This document shows, in pieces, positions 1 to 11,150 of a stretch of 64,000 nucleotides of DNA. The position numbers and the translations under genes were made by a program. Every line of letters starts with the position of its first letter. Position 1 is the stretch's first letter. A model generated the notes under the pieces. That model was not told the DNA's origin and ran no database searches. It worked only from the letters and a program-made list of their open reading frames with translations. Source of the stretch: Alphaproteobacteria bacterium (GTDB lineage Bacteria; Pseudomonadota; Alphaproteobacteria; Rickettsiales; JABIRX01); assembly GCA_018667735.1 (NCBI GenBank), contig JABIRX010000042.1:1803-65802 (forward strand). Direction: 5' to 3'.

Positions 1-1185
1 AAACAACATAATATCCTAAACATCCGAGATTTAGAACAAGCCATAGATAATTTTGCGAATGTAAATAATAGTAAAAGTAAATTTATTATAGAAGCAGGTA
101 AAGAAATTGGCACCAGTAAAGTAATTATAAATAATGAATATAATAAACCACATTACATTTCTGCCTCTCTAGATAATTCTGGAACTGGGCAAACAGGTAA
201 GAACAAATATAATCTTAGCGCTAATTTTTCTGACCTTCTAAACTTAAATGAAAATATCTCTTTCAATTATAACTCTCTATACAAAAGACAATCATATAAA
301 AGACAAAGCGCAGCCAGTTCATTCAACTATTCCTTACCACTTAAAAACTACCTCTTAAATTACAGCTTATCACGCTCCAATTATATTTTAGGCACAAACT
401 TAACCAGAGCAACTTATTACTCTTTGGGCAATACCACTATTAATAAAATTTCTTTAGAGCGTAATATTTTTAGAAATAATCAAGTAAAAATCAAACTAAC
501 CTCCGATCTAACCCACAAAAATGTAAAATCATATAATAAAATATTTAACATAAAGCTTGTAAATCAGGTAGGTACTAGAAAATTAGCCATAGCAAATATT
601 GGCATACATAACACTATATATAGCAAATATGGCACTTTAATCATTAAACCAAGCTATAAATTTGGGCTTGATAAATTTTCTGCTTTAAATGACAAAACTT
701 CTGAATATAGCGAAGAAGCTCAATATGAAGCTTATAATTTATATTTATATTACCATAAAATATTTAGCCAAATTCCACTCAAATATAATTTAAATATCGA
801 GGCACAAAAATCAGAAGATATATTATTTTCTTCTGAAGCATTTTATGCTGGTGGAGAATATAGCGTACGAGGATTTAAAGAAGAATATATCCAAGGAGAT
901 TCTGGCTTTTATGCGCGTAATGATTTTACCTTAAATAAAAATTTGGCTCCTTATATAAAATTAAATAACAGCTCGCTAAACACTTCTTTATTCTTTGATT
1001 ATGGCTTAACTAAAGCGAATATTGATGATAAAAATTACCAAGTAAGCGGCGCAGGTATTAAAGTTAATTTTTATCACAAGTTATTTTCTGCCAATATAAC
1101 TTACAGCAAAGCACTCAAAATACCTGTCACAATAACAGAAAATGAAGTAATCTACGCGAAAATAAGCAAAGCCATCTCCTTTTAA
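1..1185 (+). CDS. Two-partner-secretion outer-membrane transporter (TpsB; ShlB/FhaC/HecB family), 5' end cut by the window edge
   Basis: Frame +1 is open from base 1, so the track start at 424 is an internal TTG. Translation from base 1 reads KQHNILNIRDLEQAIDNFANV...SASLDNSGTGQTGKNKY...AFYAGGEYSVRGFKEE. This matches the DNxG..TG and GG.S.RGF signatures of ShlB/FhaC beta-barrels. The C-terminal residue is aromatic (..ISF). Confidence 0.8.
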   Translation, partial: KQHNILNIRDLEQAIDNFANVNNSKSKFIIEAGKEIGTSKVIINNEYNKPHYISASLDNSGTGQTGKNKYNLSANFSDLLNLNENISFNYNSLYKRQSYKRQSAASSFNYSLPLKNYLLNYSLSRSNYILGTNLTRATYYSLGNTTINKISLERNIFRNNQVKIKLTSDLTHKNVKSYNKIFNIKLVNQVGTRKLAIANIGIHNTIYSKYGTLIIKPSYKFGLDKFSALNDKTSEYSEEAQYEAYNLYLYYHKIFSQIPLKYNLNIEAQKSEDILFSSEAFYAGGEYSVRGFKEEYIQGDSGFYARNDFTLNKNLAPYIKLNNSSLNTSLFFDYGLTKANIDDKNYQVSGAGIKVNFYHKLFSANITYSKALKIPVTITENEVIYAKISKAISF

Positions 1186-1188
1186 AAG

Positions 1189-4100
1189 CTAAGCTCTTTC
1201 CTTTTGATAAGTTTGCAAAGATTTTACAGTTAGCTCCTCACCCTTATTTAAATGCTGCATCGCTCTAATTATAGCTTCTGCCCCTCTAACCGTAGTAAAA
1301 TAAACCACCTTATTTAACAAAGTAGTACGCCTGATAGAATAACTATCAGCTATATCTTGCTCTCCTGATGTAGTGTTAATTACTAACGATATTTCTTTAT
1401 TAGCTATCATATCCACAATATGTGGGCTACCCTCTTTGACTTTATTAACAGATTCAACATCTTCAATGTTATTACCTGTTAAAAACTTTGCCGTACCTTT
1501 AGTTGCAATCAACTTAAAACCTATCTTAGCTAATTTTTGTGCCAGAGGTAAAATAGCTTCTTTATCATCATTTTTTACTGAAATAAATACTTTTCCTGAT
1601 TTAGGTATTTTGCCATATACAGCAATCTGCGCCTTAGCATAAGCAATGTCAAAGCTCTTATCTATGCCCATAACCTCACCCGTAGATTTCATTTCAGGAC
1701 CTAAAATTGTATCCACATTATCAAAACGCTCAAAAGGGAAAATAGCCTCCTTAACTGCATAGCAATTATTCACTTTAATTTCAGCTAAGTTAAATTCTGC
1801 TAATTTTCTGCCCGCCATTACTAATGCCGCTATCTTTGCAATAGACACACCTGTCGCTTTAGCGACAAAAGGTACAGTTCTAGAAGCTCTAGGATTTACT
1901 TCTATGATGTATAAATCACCATCTTTGACTGCATATTGCACATTCATCAAACCTTTCACCTCCAAGGCTTTTGCTAATTTTATTGTGGCCTCTGTAATTA
2001 AATCTGTAACTTCCTTAGTTACAGAATATGGTGGCAAAGAACAAGCCGAGTCGCCAGAGTGAATACCAGCATGTTCAATATGCTCCATAATACCTGTTAC
2101 ATGCACATCATCACCATCTGATATTGCATCTACATCAAATTCTGTCGCATTTGATAAAAACTCATCTATTAAAATGGCGCCATCTTTTATAGCGGCTCTA
2201 TTTTCTTTTAGATATTTTTTCAAGCCCCTATCATTATAAACAATCTCCATAGCCCTGCCTCCTAATACATAAGATGGCCTTATTACCACAGGAAAACCTA
2301 TTTGCTTAACCGAACCTTCTATCTCACTTAATTTGTAACAAATAGTGCTGTGCGGTTGTTTTAACTGCAACTTATCTAACAAATTTTTAAATCTGTCTCT
2401 ATCTTCAGCTAAATCTATTTTATCTGGTGAAGTGCCAATTATTGGAATATTTGCCGCTTCTAATTCTTGCGCTAATTTTAATGGTGTTTGCCCACCATAT
2501 TGTAAAATCACACCAAGCAACTCACCTTTTTGCATCTCTTTTAAAGCAATTTCTATCACATCTTCTGCCGTCAAAGGCTCAAAATATAATCTATCAGAAG
2601 TGTCATAATCAGTTGAAACAGTCTCAGGGTTGCAATTTACCATAATTGTTTCAAAGCCAGCTTCTCGCAGTGCAAATGCTGCATGACAACAAGCATAATC
2701 AAATTCTATACCCTGACCAATCCGATTTGGCCCTCCACCTAAAATCATAATTTTTTGCTTAGCACTAATATTAGCCTCGCAATAATTAGGCGTATAAATA
2801 TCTCCCTCATAAGCAGAATAGATATAATTTGCATAAGATTTAAACTCAGCCGCACATGTATCCACTTTTTTATAAACAGGAACTATGTTTTGCGTATGTC
2901 TTATCGCTCTAATTTCAGCCTCTTCTTTACCAGACAATTCTGCAATTCTTTGGTCTGAGAAACCAGCTTTTTTACATTTTAATAAGAAAGATTTATCCGC
3001 TAAATCTGCTTTTTTAATTTCTTCTTCAAGAGTAACTAACTCAGCTAATTGGTTTACATACCAAATATCATAACCAGTAATTTCACAAATTTCATGCTTC
3101 GCTATACCAAATCTTAAAGCTTCTGCTATTAACAAAATTTTGTTTGGTGCAAGTGGTGCTAAAGCCTGTTTGATAATGGCTTTTTTTGCTTCCTCATTTT
3201 TAGCCTCCGCTAAACCGGCTATCTCTGGAGAGTTTAAGCCAGTTAAGCCTGTTTCCATGGAACGCAATGCTTTTTGCAAACTTTGTGCAAAAGTCCGCCC
3301 AATAGACATAGCTTCACCAACCGATTTCATCGCTGAAGATAATTCTGGCTTGGCATAAGTAAATTTCTCAAAAGTAAATCTTGGTATTTTTGTAACCACA
3401 TAATCAATAGATGGCTCAAAACTTGCTGGCGTCACTTTAGTTACATCATTATAAACTTCATCTAAACTGTAACCCACTGCTAATTTTGCTGCAACTTTTG
3501 CAATCGGAAAACCAGTAGCTTTAGAAGCTAAAGCTGATGACCTCGATACCCGCGGATTCATCTCTATTACCAATAATTCACCATCAGCTGGGTTAACTGC
3601 AAATTGCACGTTAGAACCACCAGTTTCAACTCCAATCTCACGCAAAACTGCAATTGAAGCATTACGCATTTTTTGATATTCTTTATCTGTTAAAGTTAAA
3701 GCAGGCGCAACTGTGATACTGTCACCCGTATGCACGCCCATAGGATCAATATTTTCAATCGAACAAATAATAATAGTATTGTCATTTTTATCTCTTACCA
3801 CTTCCATCTCATATTCTTTCCAGCCAATTACAGATTGGTCAATTTGAATTCTAGAAATTGGTGATGCATCTAAGCCAGATTTTACTATTGCTAAAAACTC
3901 CTCTTCATTATTAGCAACACCTCCACCACTACCACCCATAGTGAAAGATGGTCTAATAATCGCAGGCAAGCCTATTTCTGCTTGAGCCTTTAAGGCCTCC
4001 TCTACCGTGCCAACAATAGCATTTTTGGGTGTCTTAAGTCCAATTTTTGCCATCGCATTGTTGAATAATTCGCGATCTTCCGCTTTATTAATGGCTTCAA

Positions 4101-4458
4101 TGCCCGCACCTATTAACTGCACCTTATATTTAGTTAAGATACCCTCTTTATGTGCATTTAAAGCACAGTTTAAAGCAGTCTGTCCGCCTACTGTAGGTAA
4201 AATTGCATCTGGTTTTTCCTTGATAATAATGCGCTCTAAAAAATCTGTGGTAATTGGCTCAACATAAGTGCTGTCCGCTGTTGCTGGGTCAGTCATTATA
4301 GTTGCTGGATTAGAATTAATTAAAATAACTCTATAACCTTCCTCCTTTAAAGCCTTACAAGCCTGCGTACCTGAGTAATCAAACTCACATGCTTGACCAA
4401 TTACAATTGGCCCCGCCCCGATTACTAAAATTGCTTTTATATCTGTTCTTTTAGCCAC
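1189..4458 (-). CDS. carB: Carbamoyl-phosphate synthase large subunit
   Basis: 1089 aa. N-terminus [33 protein letters not shown], with a duplicated ATP-grasp half ([25 protein letters not shown]) and an MGS-like tail. Its start overlaps the carA stop by 8 nt. Confidence 0.97.
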   Translation of the reverse strand: MAKRTDIKAILVIGAGPIVIGQACEFDYSGTQACKALKEEGYRVILINSNPATIMTDPATADSTYVEPITTDFLERIIIKEKPDAILPTVGGQTALNCALNAHKEGILTKYKVQLIGAGIEAINKAEDRELFNNAMAKIGLKTPKNAIVGTVEEALKAQAEIGLPAIIRPSFTMGGSGGGVANNEEEFLAIVKSGLDASPISRIQIDQSVIGWKEYEMEVVRDKNDNTIIICSIENIDPMGVHTGDSITVAPALTLTDKEYQKMRNASIAVLREIGVETGGSNVQFAVNPADGELLVIEMNPRVSRSSALASKATGFPIAKVAAKLAVGYSLDEVYNDVTKVTPASFEPSIDYVVTKIPRFTFEKFTYAKPELSSAMKSVGEAMSIGRTFAQSLQKALRSMETGLTGLNSPEIAGLAEAKNEEAKKAIIKQALAPLAPNKILLIAEALRFGIAKHEICEITGYDIWYVNQLAELVTLEEEIKKADLADKSFLLKCKKAGFSDQRIAELSGKEEAEIRAIRHTQNIVPVYKKVDTCAAEFKSYANYIYSAYEGDIYTPNYCEANISAKQKIMILGGGPNRIGQGIEFDYACCHAAFALREAGFETIMVNCNPETVSTDYDTSDRLYFEPLTAEDVIEIALKEMQKGELLGVILQYGGQTPLKLAQELEAANIPIIGTSPDKIDLAEDRDRFKNLLDKLQLKQPHSTICYKLSEIEGSVKQIGFPVVIRPSYVLGGRAMEIVYNDRGLKKYLKENRAAIKDGAILIDEFLSNATEFDVDAISDGDDVHVTGIMEHIEHAGIHSGDSACSLPPYSVTKEVTDLITEATIKLAKALEVKGLMNVQYAVKDGDLYIIEVNPRASRTVPFVAKATGVSIAKIAALVMAGRKLAEFNLAEIKVNNCYAVKEAIFPFERFDNVDTILGPEMKSTGEVMGIDKSFDIAYAKAQIAVYGKIPKSGKVFISVKNDDKEAILPLAQKLAKIGFKLIATKGTAKFLTGNNIEDVESVNKVKEGSPHIVDMIANKEISLVINTTSGEQDIADSYSIRRTTLLNKVVYFTTVRGAEAIIRAMQHLNKGEELTVKSLQTYQKERA

Positions 4459-5632
4459 GAGCTACCTTCTTATTATGTGATTTTATTAAATCGATAAATT
4501 CTGCAAATAAATATTTGCTATCATGCGGGCCACTGGAACTTTCAGGATGATATTGCACTGAAAATGCTGGCCTATCTGTAAGTTTTAAACCTTCTACTGT
4601 TTGATCAAACAAAGAGCGATGTGTAATTTCAATATTAGCTGGTAAATTCTCATCACTAACACAGAAACCATGATTTTGTGCTGTTATTTCTACTTTTTTG
4701 GTAGCTAAATTAATTACTGGATGATTAGCTCCCCTATGCCCTTGGTGCATTTTAAAGGTTTTTAGACCCGCAGCAAGAGATAATAATTGATGCCCCATAC
4801 AAATGCCAAAAATAGGTACTTTAGCCGCTAAAATCTCTTGAATAACTGCAACCGTATATTTTGCATTTGCACTTGGATCACCCGGACCATTTGATAAAAA
4901 TAAACCATCTGGCTTTAATGCCATAATTTCAGCAGCGCTCGCCTTACAATTGACCAAAGATATTTTACAACCATGGGTTAAAAAATAATTTAAAATATTA
5001 TGCTTTACGCCATAATCTAAAACCACAATATGTAAATCTTCTAAGGCTTTTTCTGGTGCTAGATATTGGTAAGTTAATTCTGTGTGCTCTTCTAGCTTTT
5101 TAACTGAAACTTTTGAAGAAAGCTCTATCCCTGTAAAGGACTTAATTTGCTTAGCCTCTGTGAGCAACTCGAAAACATTAAGTTCTTCTCCCTCTAGCGC
5201 ATAAGTAATAATTGCGTTTACTGCACCTTTTTCTCTTAGCAAAGTGGTGATAGCTCTTGTATCAACCCCTGCTATACCAGTTAAATTATTTTTAATTAAC
5301 CAGTCATTAAAATTTTCTTCTGCTCTAAAATTAGATGCTAAAGTGATATCCTCCCTAACCACCAAACCTTGCGCAAATTTTTGTATTGATTCATTATCAT
5401 CTAAATTAATACCAACATTACCAATATGTGGTGCCGTGAAGGTGATAATCTGATCTGTGTATGATGGGTCAGTTAGAATTTCTTGATAGCCAGTAATGCT
5501 GGTATTAAAACATAGTTCTCCTTTTGTTTGGCCTTGCTTACCAATACCTTTACCAAAGAAATACTCCCCCGAAGTCAAAATTAAGACTGCGTTTAATTCT
5601 TGCGTAGCTTTTACAACTGGTAAATTAGTCAT
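4451..5632 (-). CDS. carA: Carbamoyl-phosphate synthase small (glutaminase) subunit
   Basis: 393 aa. CPSase small-chain N-domain plus a class I amidotransferase ([12 protein letters not shown] ... [13 protein letters not shown]). Sits directly upstream of carB. Confidence 0.96.
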   Translation of the reverse strand: MTNLPVVKATQELNAVLILTSGEYFFGKGIGKQGQTKGELCFNTSITGYQEILTDPSYTDQIITFTAPHIGNVGINLDDNESIQKFAQGLVVREDITLASNFRAEENFNDWLIKNNLTGIAGVDTRAITTLLREKGAVNAIITYALEGEELNVFELLTEAKQIKSFTGIELSSKVSVKKLEEHTELTYQYLAPEKALEDLHIVVLDYGVKHNILNYFLTHGCKISLVNCKASAAEIMALKPDGLFLSNGPGDPSANAKYTVAVIQEILAAKVPIFGICMGHQLLSLAAGLKTFKMHQGHRGANHPVINLATKKVEITAQNHGFCVSDENLPANIEITHRSLFDQTVEGLKLTDRPAFSVQYHPESSSGPHDSKYLFAEFIDLIKSHNKKVARG

Positions 5633-5752
5633 TTATTTTTTATATTTATAATGTTTTGTAATTAGGCAAATTGCTTAGATTTATAAGAAAAACCTTCCCT
5701 TTAGTCAACAAGAATCTTAAAAATAAAGAAAGTAAATATACAATAAATCCTA

Positions 5753-7582
5753 ATGCATAAAATTGCTGGTCTTGGAACCCTGATCCAATATCTTAAAAAC
5801 TTACCAGAAAGCCCTGGAGTCTACCGTATGATTGGTGAAACAGACAAAATTTTATATGTTGGTAAAGCCAAAAATCTTAAAAAAAGAGTAACTAGCTATA
5901 GTAAGTTTGATAAATTACCTAATCGTCTAAAAAAGATGGTTTCTGAGATTAAAAAGCTTGAAATTGTAAAAACTGATTCTGAGATAGAAGCGTTAATACT
6001 TGAGTTAAATCTGATTAAAACGCTAAAGCCTATTTATAATATCATGCTTCGGGATGATAAAACTTACCCTTATATTTACTTTAATATTAAACATGATTTT
6101 CCTGGCATTTACACTTATCGTGGCAAAAAAACTTTTAAGGGCAAGTATTTTGGCCCTTTTGTAGGGGGCTATGATGTTGAGAAAACTGTAACTTTGCTAA
6201 AAAAATCTTTCTTAATCAGAAGCTGCTCAGACAGTGAATTTAAAAATCGAGATAAACCGTGCCTTGAGTATCAAATTAAAAGATGTAGCGCGCCTTGCGT
6301 CAATTATATCCAGAAGGAAGATTATCAATATTTGCTCAAGCAAACTTACAACTTCCTGAGTGGTAAAACTAATGAAGTAAGAGAGAAGCTTATCGTTGAA
6401 ATGGAAGGATCTAGCAACAAATTAGATTTCGAGCGTGCCGCAATTTTACGCGATAGAATTAAAGCAATAAGTAATATTACAGCCAAACAAGATATTTCTG
6501 ATAACAGCCTAATTGATACTGATATTTTAGCGATAAAGCAACAAAATGCCACAGTAATAATTGAGCATTTCATTTTTCGTAATGGCTTTAATAATGGTAA
6601 TCAGCACTTTTTTCCCCAGAATATAGAAGGTTTGGAGTTAGGAGAAATTTTGACTAATTTTATCAAGCAATATTATAATGAAGAAAATATCGTCAAAGAA
6701 ATTATAACTAATGTTGAGCTACATGAAGCTGAGCATTTAGAAGCTTTATATTTTAAAGAATATCAATGTAGAACCAAATTTATTACACCTAAATTAGGGC
6801 GTAAAAAGAAAATCCTACTTTTTGTTGAAACAAATGCAAAATATCACTTAGAGCAAAAAACCAAGAATAAAAACAAAAATTTAAAACATCATAAAAAATT
6901 ACAAGAAGTCTTCAATTTAACGGAAAGGCCAAATAAAATAGAAGTATTTGACAATAGTCATATTTCTGGAACTAATTCCGTAGGCGCTATGATTGCAAGC
7001 GATTTAAATGGCTTCAACAAAAACTGTTATCGCAAGTTTAATATTAAGCTTGCCAATAAAGCTGATGATTTTGACATGCTAAGAGAAGTTCTCTATCGTA
7101 GATATAATCGTCTATTAATTGAGGATCCTGAAAATAAAAATAAAAGCTGGCCCGATCTAATCATCATTGATGGTGGTAAAGGACAAGCTTCGGTTGCCGC
7201 TGAAATTTTTTCTCAGCTGAACTTAACAATACCCTTCTTTTGCATTGCTAAAGGTGAATTTAGAAATAAGGGTTTGGAAAGATTTTGCAATAATTTTTCT
7301 GATTACTTTTCTATTGAAGATAAAGAGACTTTATATTATTTGCAGCGTATTCGAGATGAGGCACACAGATTTGTTATTGAAACACACCGCAAAAAGCGTA
7401 ACAAAGCAACTCTAAAATCTGAGCTAGACCAAATAGCTGGAATTGGCCCAAAGAAAAAACAAGATTTGTTAAAATATTTTGGCTCAGTAGCAAAAATCAA
7501 ATCAGCGAGTAAAGAAGATGTTGCAAAAGTAAAAGGTATCAACCTGAAGCTTGCTGAAAAGCTACTTGAAATTTTGAAATAA
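5753..7582 (+). CDS. uvrC: Excinuclease ABC subunit C
   Basis: 609 aa. GIY-YIG N-terminus (PGVYRM..ILYVGKAKNLKKRV), a UvrC endonuclease domain and a C-terminal HhH region (IAGIGPKKKQDLLKYFGS). Confidence 0.95.
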   Translation: MHKIAGLGTLIQYLKNLPESPGVYRMIGETDKILYVGKAKNLKKRVTSYSKFDKLPNRLKKMVSEIKKLEIVKTDSEIEALILELNLIKTLKPIYNIMLRDDKTYPYIYFNIKHDFPGIYTYRGKKTFKGKYFGPFVGGYDVEKTVTLLKKSFLIRSCSDSEFKNRDKPCLEYQIKRCSAPCVNYIQKEDYQYLLKQTYNFLSGKTNEVREKLIVEMEGSSNKLDFERAAILRDRIKAISNITAKQDISDNSLIDTDILAIKQQNATVIIEHFIFRNGFNNGNQHFFPQNIEGLELGEILTNFIKQYYNEENIVKEIITNVELHEAEHLEALYFKEYQCRTKFITPKLGRKKKILLFVETNAKYHLEQKTKNKNKNLKHHKKLQEVFNLTERPNKIEVFDNSHISGTNSVGAMIASDLNGFNKNCYRKFNIKLANKADDFDMLREVLYRRYNRLLIEDPENKNKSWPDLIIIDGGKGQASVAAEIFSQLNLTIPFFCIAKGEFRNKGLERFCNNFSDYFSIEDKETLYYLQRIRDEAHRFVIETHRKKRNKATLKSELDQIAGIGPKKKQDLLKYFGSVAKIKSASKEDVAKVKGINLKLAEKLLEILK

Positions 7583-7601
7583 ACATCTAGTTTGAGATTA
7601 T

Positions 7602-8153
7602 ATGGAAAACTTACCAAACATCTTAACATTTGCCAGAATCTTAGTTATACCGATTCTGATTTTATCCTTTTTTTTAGATGGAGTACTATCTAATTGGATA
7701 GCAGCCACCCTATTTATCTTTGCTTCAGTTACTGATTTTGTCGATGGTTATTTAGCAAGATTACTAAGTGCACAATCAAACTTAGGTAAAGTATTAGACC
7801 CCATTGCAGATAAACTCCTTGTTGCTACTACCATTATTATGCTTGTTCATTTTGGTGACAATGACCTACTTATAACCATACCTGGTATCATTATTTTATT
7901 TAGAGAAATATTTGTTTCAGGCTTAAGAGAGTTTTTAGCTGAAATCAATGTAAGTGTTCCAGTTAGTCAATTAGCTAAATGGAAAACAGGAGTTCAAATG
8001 ACCGCACTTGCCATCATGATTCTAGGAGATAAAGGTACAGGTATAGAATATACTAATGAAATTGGCAGGATAGGGCTAGTCATAGCTGCTATTTTAACAG
8101 TTTTTACTGGCTTTGCTTACTTTAAGGCCTCACTTAAACATTTAAAAAATTAA
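7602..8153 (+). CDS. pgsA: CDP-diacylglycerol--glycerol-3-phosphate 3-phosphatidyltransferase
   Basis: 183 aa membrane protein with the CDP-alcohol phosphatidyltransferase motif DFVDGYLARLL...G..LDPIADK. Confidence 0.9.
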   Translation: MENLPNILTFARILVIPILILSFFLDGVLSNWIAATLFIFASVTDFVDGYLARLLSAQSNLGKVLDPIADKLLVATTIIMLVHFGDNDLLITIPGIIILFREIFVSGLREFLAEINVSVPVSQLAKWKTGVQMTALAIMILGDKGTGIEYTNEIGRIGLVIAAILTVFTGFAYFKASLKHLKN

Positions 8154-8336
8154 GCTAAATCAAAGCCTTTCCTTACACATAGACCCAACCATTGAAAAAA
8201 ATATTATAAATTATTTTGGTTAATATAAAATACTCAGCTAATAAATCCGTAAAATGAGCCTTATTTAAGTGCGTTGGCTTAATAAAGCTATAGCCGCCCC
8301 GTTTATTGCTAAGCCTAGCGCTAAATATTAAAAAAA

Positions 8337-9056
8337 CTAAGCTAAAACCTTTAGGGCTACTTGCGTATGTGCGTAACATAAATATTGGTATTTTATATTC
8401 TCTTGCCGAGCAAATTCTAACCACGCTTTATATTCATGAGCCTGCCAATTGGGATAATTAAAAAATTCATCAAAAACAATTACGGTGTTTGCTCTGATCT
8501 TCTGCTTAAAAGCAGTTAGAATATCTTTAGTTGATTGATATAAATCACAATCAATATGTAAAAATATAGCAGCCTCATCATTGCTCTGACAAAATTCTTC
8601 TAAACTATCTTTAAACCAACCTTTTACTAATTTTATATTTTTAGCTACTTTAGGCAATTTAGCATGGTTAGTTAACTGCCCCTTTAAAGTCTTAGTGCCT
8701 GCCCAATCTTCTGGTATACCCGTAAAAGAATCAAAACCATATATTGTTTTCTTGCGAAGTATTGGCTTATTGGCAAGCTCATTTATAGTGGTTCCTGATT
8801 TCACACCAAATTCTGCGACAATACCATCTGAATCTATATGTTTTAAGGCGTAGTTAAAAACTTCATTACGATTATTGCAAACTACTGCATCAGCCATATT
8901 TGCTTCTATAAAATCTAAAGTTTTTTGGTAAGCTCTAAGCTTGATCCCAATATATGGATGTAAAAAATCTGAGCGCATTGAGCTCAGATGTTTTAAAATC
9001 GTTTCTTCTACTTGGCCTAGATTATTTTTTTTTGTTAAGGACATGTTTGGAGCCAT
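8337..9056 (-). CDS. Class I SAM-dependent methyltransferase (TylF/Methyltransf_24-like), substrate unknown
   Basis: 239 aa. EFGVKSGTTINELA (SAM-binding loop), IYGFDSFTGIPEDW, and FLHIDCDLYQSTKDILTAF...VIVFDEFFNYPNW resemble the macrocin-O-methyltransferase-like fold. The annotated start overlaps the nhaA 3' end, so the start may be the downstream Met (MSLTKK, 9044). Confidence 0.7.
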   Translation of the reverse strand: MAPNMSLTKKNNLGQVEETILKHLSSMRSDFLHPYIGIKLRAYQKTLDFIEANMADAVVCNNRNEVFNYALKHIDSDGIVAEFGVKSGTTINELANKPILRKKTIYGFDSFTGIPEDWAGTKTLKGQLTNHAKLPKVAKNIKLVKGWFKDSLEEFCQSNDEAAIFLHIDCDLYQSTKDILTAFKQKIRANTVIVFDEFFNYPNWQAHEYKAWLEFARQENIKYQYLCYAHTQVALKVLA

Positions 9057-10266
9057 AATATAATACTACATAACCAAGCAATGTAGAAAATAAAGAGCCC
9101 GCTAAAATTCCCGCTCTTACTTCATCAGTAATCTGATATTCTGGTGGAAAAGCTAAATTTCCAATAAAAATACTCATAGTAAAACCAATACCTGTAAGTA
9201 TTGAAACACCATAAATTTGCGTCCAATTTGCCCCATGTGGCATTTTAGCTATACCTGACTTTATCAATAAATAAACTATGCTAAACACACCAAGCTGCTT
9301 ACCAACAAACAATCCGGCCAAGATTCCTAGTGATACAGGGTTGGAAATTAAGCTTGCTAATGATAAATTCTCAAAAGAAATACCTGCATTACAAAAAGCA
9401 AATATTGGTAAAATTAAAAATGCACACCATGGTGCTAAAGCGTGCTCTAATACTTTAAGCGGGCTGTTATTATTAGCATCCTTTACCTTTAAAGGAATAG
9501 TCAATCCAATTAACACTCCAGCTATTGTGGCATGCACACCAGACTCTAAAATTAAGGCCCATAATATAACGCCTAAAAACAAATATGGAGCTTTTCTAGA
9601 GATATTTCTGCTATTCATCCACAGCATTACAATAAATATAATTGCCACCCATAATAAATTATTGACCGCAAGCTCTGTATTATAGAAAAAGGCAATAATT
9701 AAAATTGCAATTAAATCATCAATAATTGCAAGAGCGGTTAAAAAAGCTTTTAAAGAGATTGGTACTCTTTTCCCAAGCAACGAAGCAATACCTAATGCAA
9801 AGGCTATATCAGTTGCACTAGGAATAGCCCAACCTCTAGTTGCACTTTCACCTTCTACCATATAATCCATGGTAAAGAAGACATAAATTAAAGCTGGAAT
9901 AGCTACTCCACCAATCGCCCCAATTGCCGGGAGAATTTGCTGATCACGTGTAGATAGCTGACCTTCCGCCATTTCTCTTTTGATTTCTAAGGTAACCAAC
10001 AAAAAGAAAATCGCCATCAAGCCGTCATTAACAAATTTCTCAACATTTAAGTCGATCATGTAATTGCTTATGGTTAGAACAATGGGAGCTTCTAAAAAAT
10101 GATGGTAAAAATGATGAAATTCTGAATTAGCAAATATCAGCGCTAAAATGGTCATTATTAAAAGCAAAATACCGCCTGATGCTTGGTATTGCATGAATTT
10201 ATTTAGAGCGTCTTGAAAATATTTTACAACCATAATAATAATTTTTGTTGAATTTAACATAAACAT
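9022..10266 (-). CDS. nhaA: Na+/H+ antiporter NhaA
   Basis: 414 aa polytopic membrane protein. ASGGILLLIMTILALIFANS, IPSATDIAFALG and the conserved Asp pair in ALAIIDDLIAILIIA. An alternative start at the internal Met (MVVKYF, 10233) is possible. Confidence 0.92.
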   Translation of the reverse strand: MFMLNSTKIIIMVVKYFQDALNKFMQYQASGGILLLIMTILALIFANSEFHHFYHHFLEAPIVLTISNYMIDLNVEKFVNDGLMAIFFLLVTLEIKREMAEGQLSTRDQQILPAIGAIGGVAIPALIYVFFTMDYMVEGESATRGWAIPSATDIAFALGIASLLGKRVPISLKAFLTALAIIDDLIAILIIAFFYNTELAVNNLLWVAIIFIVMLWMNSRNISRKAPYLFLGVILWALILESGVHATIAGVLIGLTIPLKVKDANNNSPLKVLEHALAPWCAFLILPIFAFCNAGISFENLSLASLISNPVSLGILAGLFVGKQLGVFSIVYLLIKSGIAKMPHGANWTQIYGVSILTGIGFTMSIFIGNLAFPPEYQITDEVRAGILAGSLFSTLLGYVVLYYGSKHVLNKKK

Positions 10267-10289
10267 GTTTGCGTTCTAGGTCAAGAAGC

Positions 10290-11150
10290 TTAGATTAAAA
10301 TTTTCAAATTTAACGACAAATCACTAGCTGAAACTGAGTGAGTTAAACTACCAACAGAGATATAATCAACGCCGGTTGCTGCGACTTTAGCTATATTTGC
10401 TAAGTTAATATTACCAGATGCTTCTATTTTGCTTTTTTTGTTAATAATTTTTACTGATTCAACCATATTTACTAGCGACATATTATCAAGCATTATTATA
10501 TCTGGTTTATAAAGTAGGGCCTCTTTAACCTGTGCAATAGTTTCACATTCTACTTCTATTTTAAGCCCGGTTTTAGCACAATTTTTTAAGGCAGTAGCAA
10601 TGTTTTTCGCTGCAATAATATGATTATCTTTTATTAAAACTTGATCATCTAAACAGATGCGATGATTTTTCCCTCCCCCTGTTAATACAGCGTATTTTGC
10701 TGCCTCACGATAAAATGGTAAAATTTTTCGCGTATCTAAAATCTCAACTGGATAACTCTTAACTGCCGCAACAAAAAGCTGTGTTTTAGTTGCAATACCG
10801 GACATATATTGCATTAAATTTAAAGCAACCCTTTCCGCCGCTAAAATAGCCCTAGCATTACCTATTCCACTAGCAATAACTTCACCTTTCTTAACTTTGT
10901 TACCCTCTTTAAAGAAATATGTTAAATCAATATTTTTATCCAACTCTTTAAAAGCTAATGTAAAAAAATCAACTCCACATAAAATTAAGTCATCTTTAGC
11001 CAATAGAGCGAATTCTGCCTGCTGCTCTTTTGGTACCGTATAGTTGGATGTAACATCTCCATTACCTATATCTTCTGCTAACGCAGCTTTTACTATTTTT
11101 AAAATATTAGCTTCTTGCATCATCTGATATTTATTTATAAATATGCTCAC
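10290..11150 (-). CDS. nadC: Nicotinate-nucleotide pyrophosphorylase (quinolinate phosphoribosyltransferase)
   Basis: 286 aa. Typical NadC layout with GGGKNHR, LIKDNHI and IMLDNMS motifs. Confidence 0.92.
   Translation of the reverse strand: MSIFINKYQMMQEANILKIVKAALAEDIGNGDVTSNYTVPKEQQAEFALLAKDDLILCGVDFFTLAFKELDKNIDLTYFFKEGNKVKKGEVIASGIGNARAILAAERVALNLMQYMSGIATKTQLFVAAVKSYPVEILDTRKILPFYREAAKYAVLTGGGKNHRICLDDQVLIKDNHIIAAKNIATALKNCAKTGLKIEVECETIAQVKEALLYKPDIIMLDNMSLVNMVESVKIINKKSKIEASGNINLANIAKVAATGVDYISVGSLTHSVSASDLSLNLKILI

Noticed and set aside
1373-4267. Several 60-90-aa plus-strand ORFs inside carB (1373-1642, 2345-2608, 2427-2645, 2755-2958, 2885-3073, 3140-3358, 4007-4267).
   Set aside because: All lie antisense within a very well supported 1089-aa carB. 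Their composition is hydrophobic and low-complexity, typical of shadow ORFs.
8276-8315. Possible bidirectional terminator hairpin (ggctta-ataaa ... tttat-tgc-taagcc) between convergent pgsA and the methyltransferase gene.
   Set aside because: The stem is 6 bp + 5 A/T bp, interrupted by a 3-nt bulge, with a 15-nt loop and no U-tract. It is too weak to call.
8173-8424. 83-aa minus-strand ORF in the pgsA/methyltransferase spacer.
   Set aside because: It overlaps the methyltransferase 3' end in another frame and has no recognisable features. It is probably spurious.
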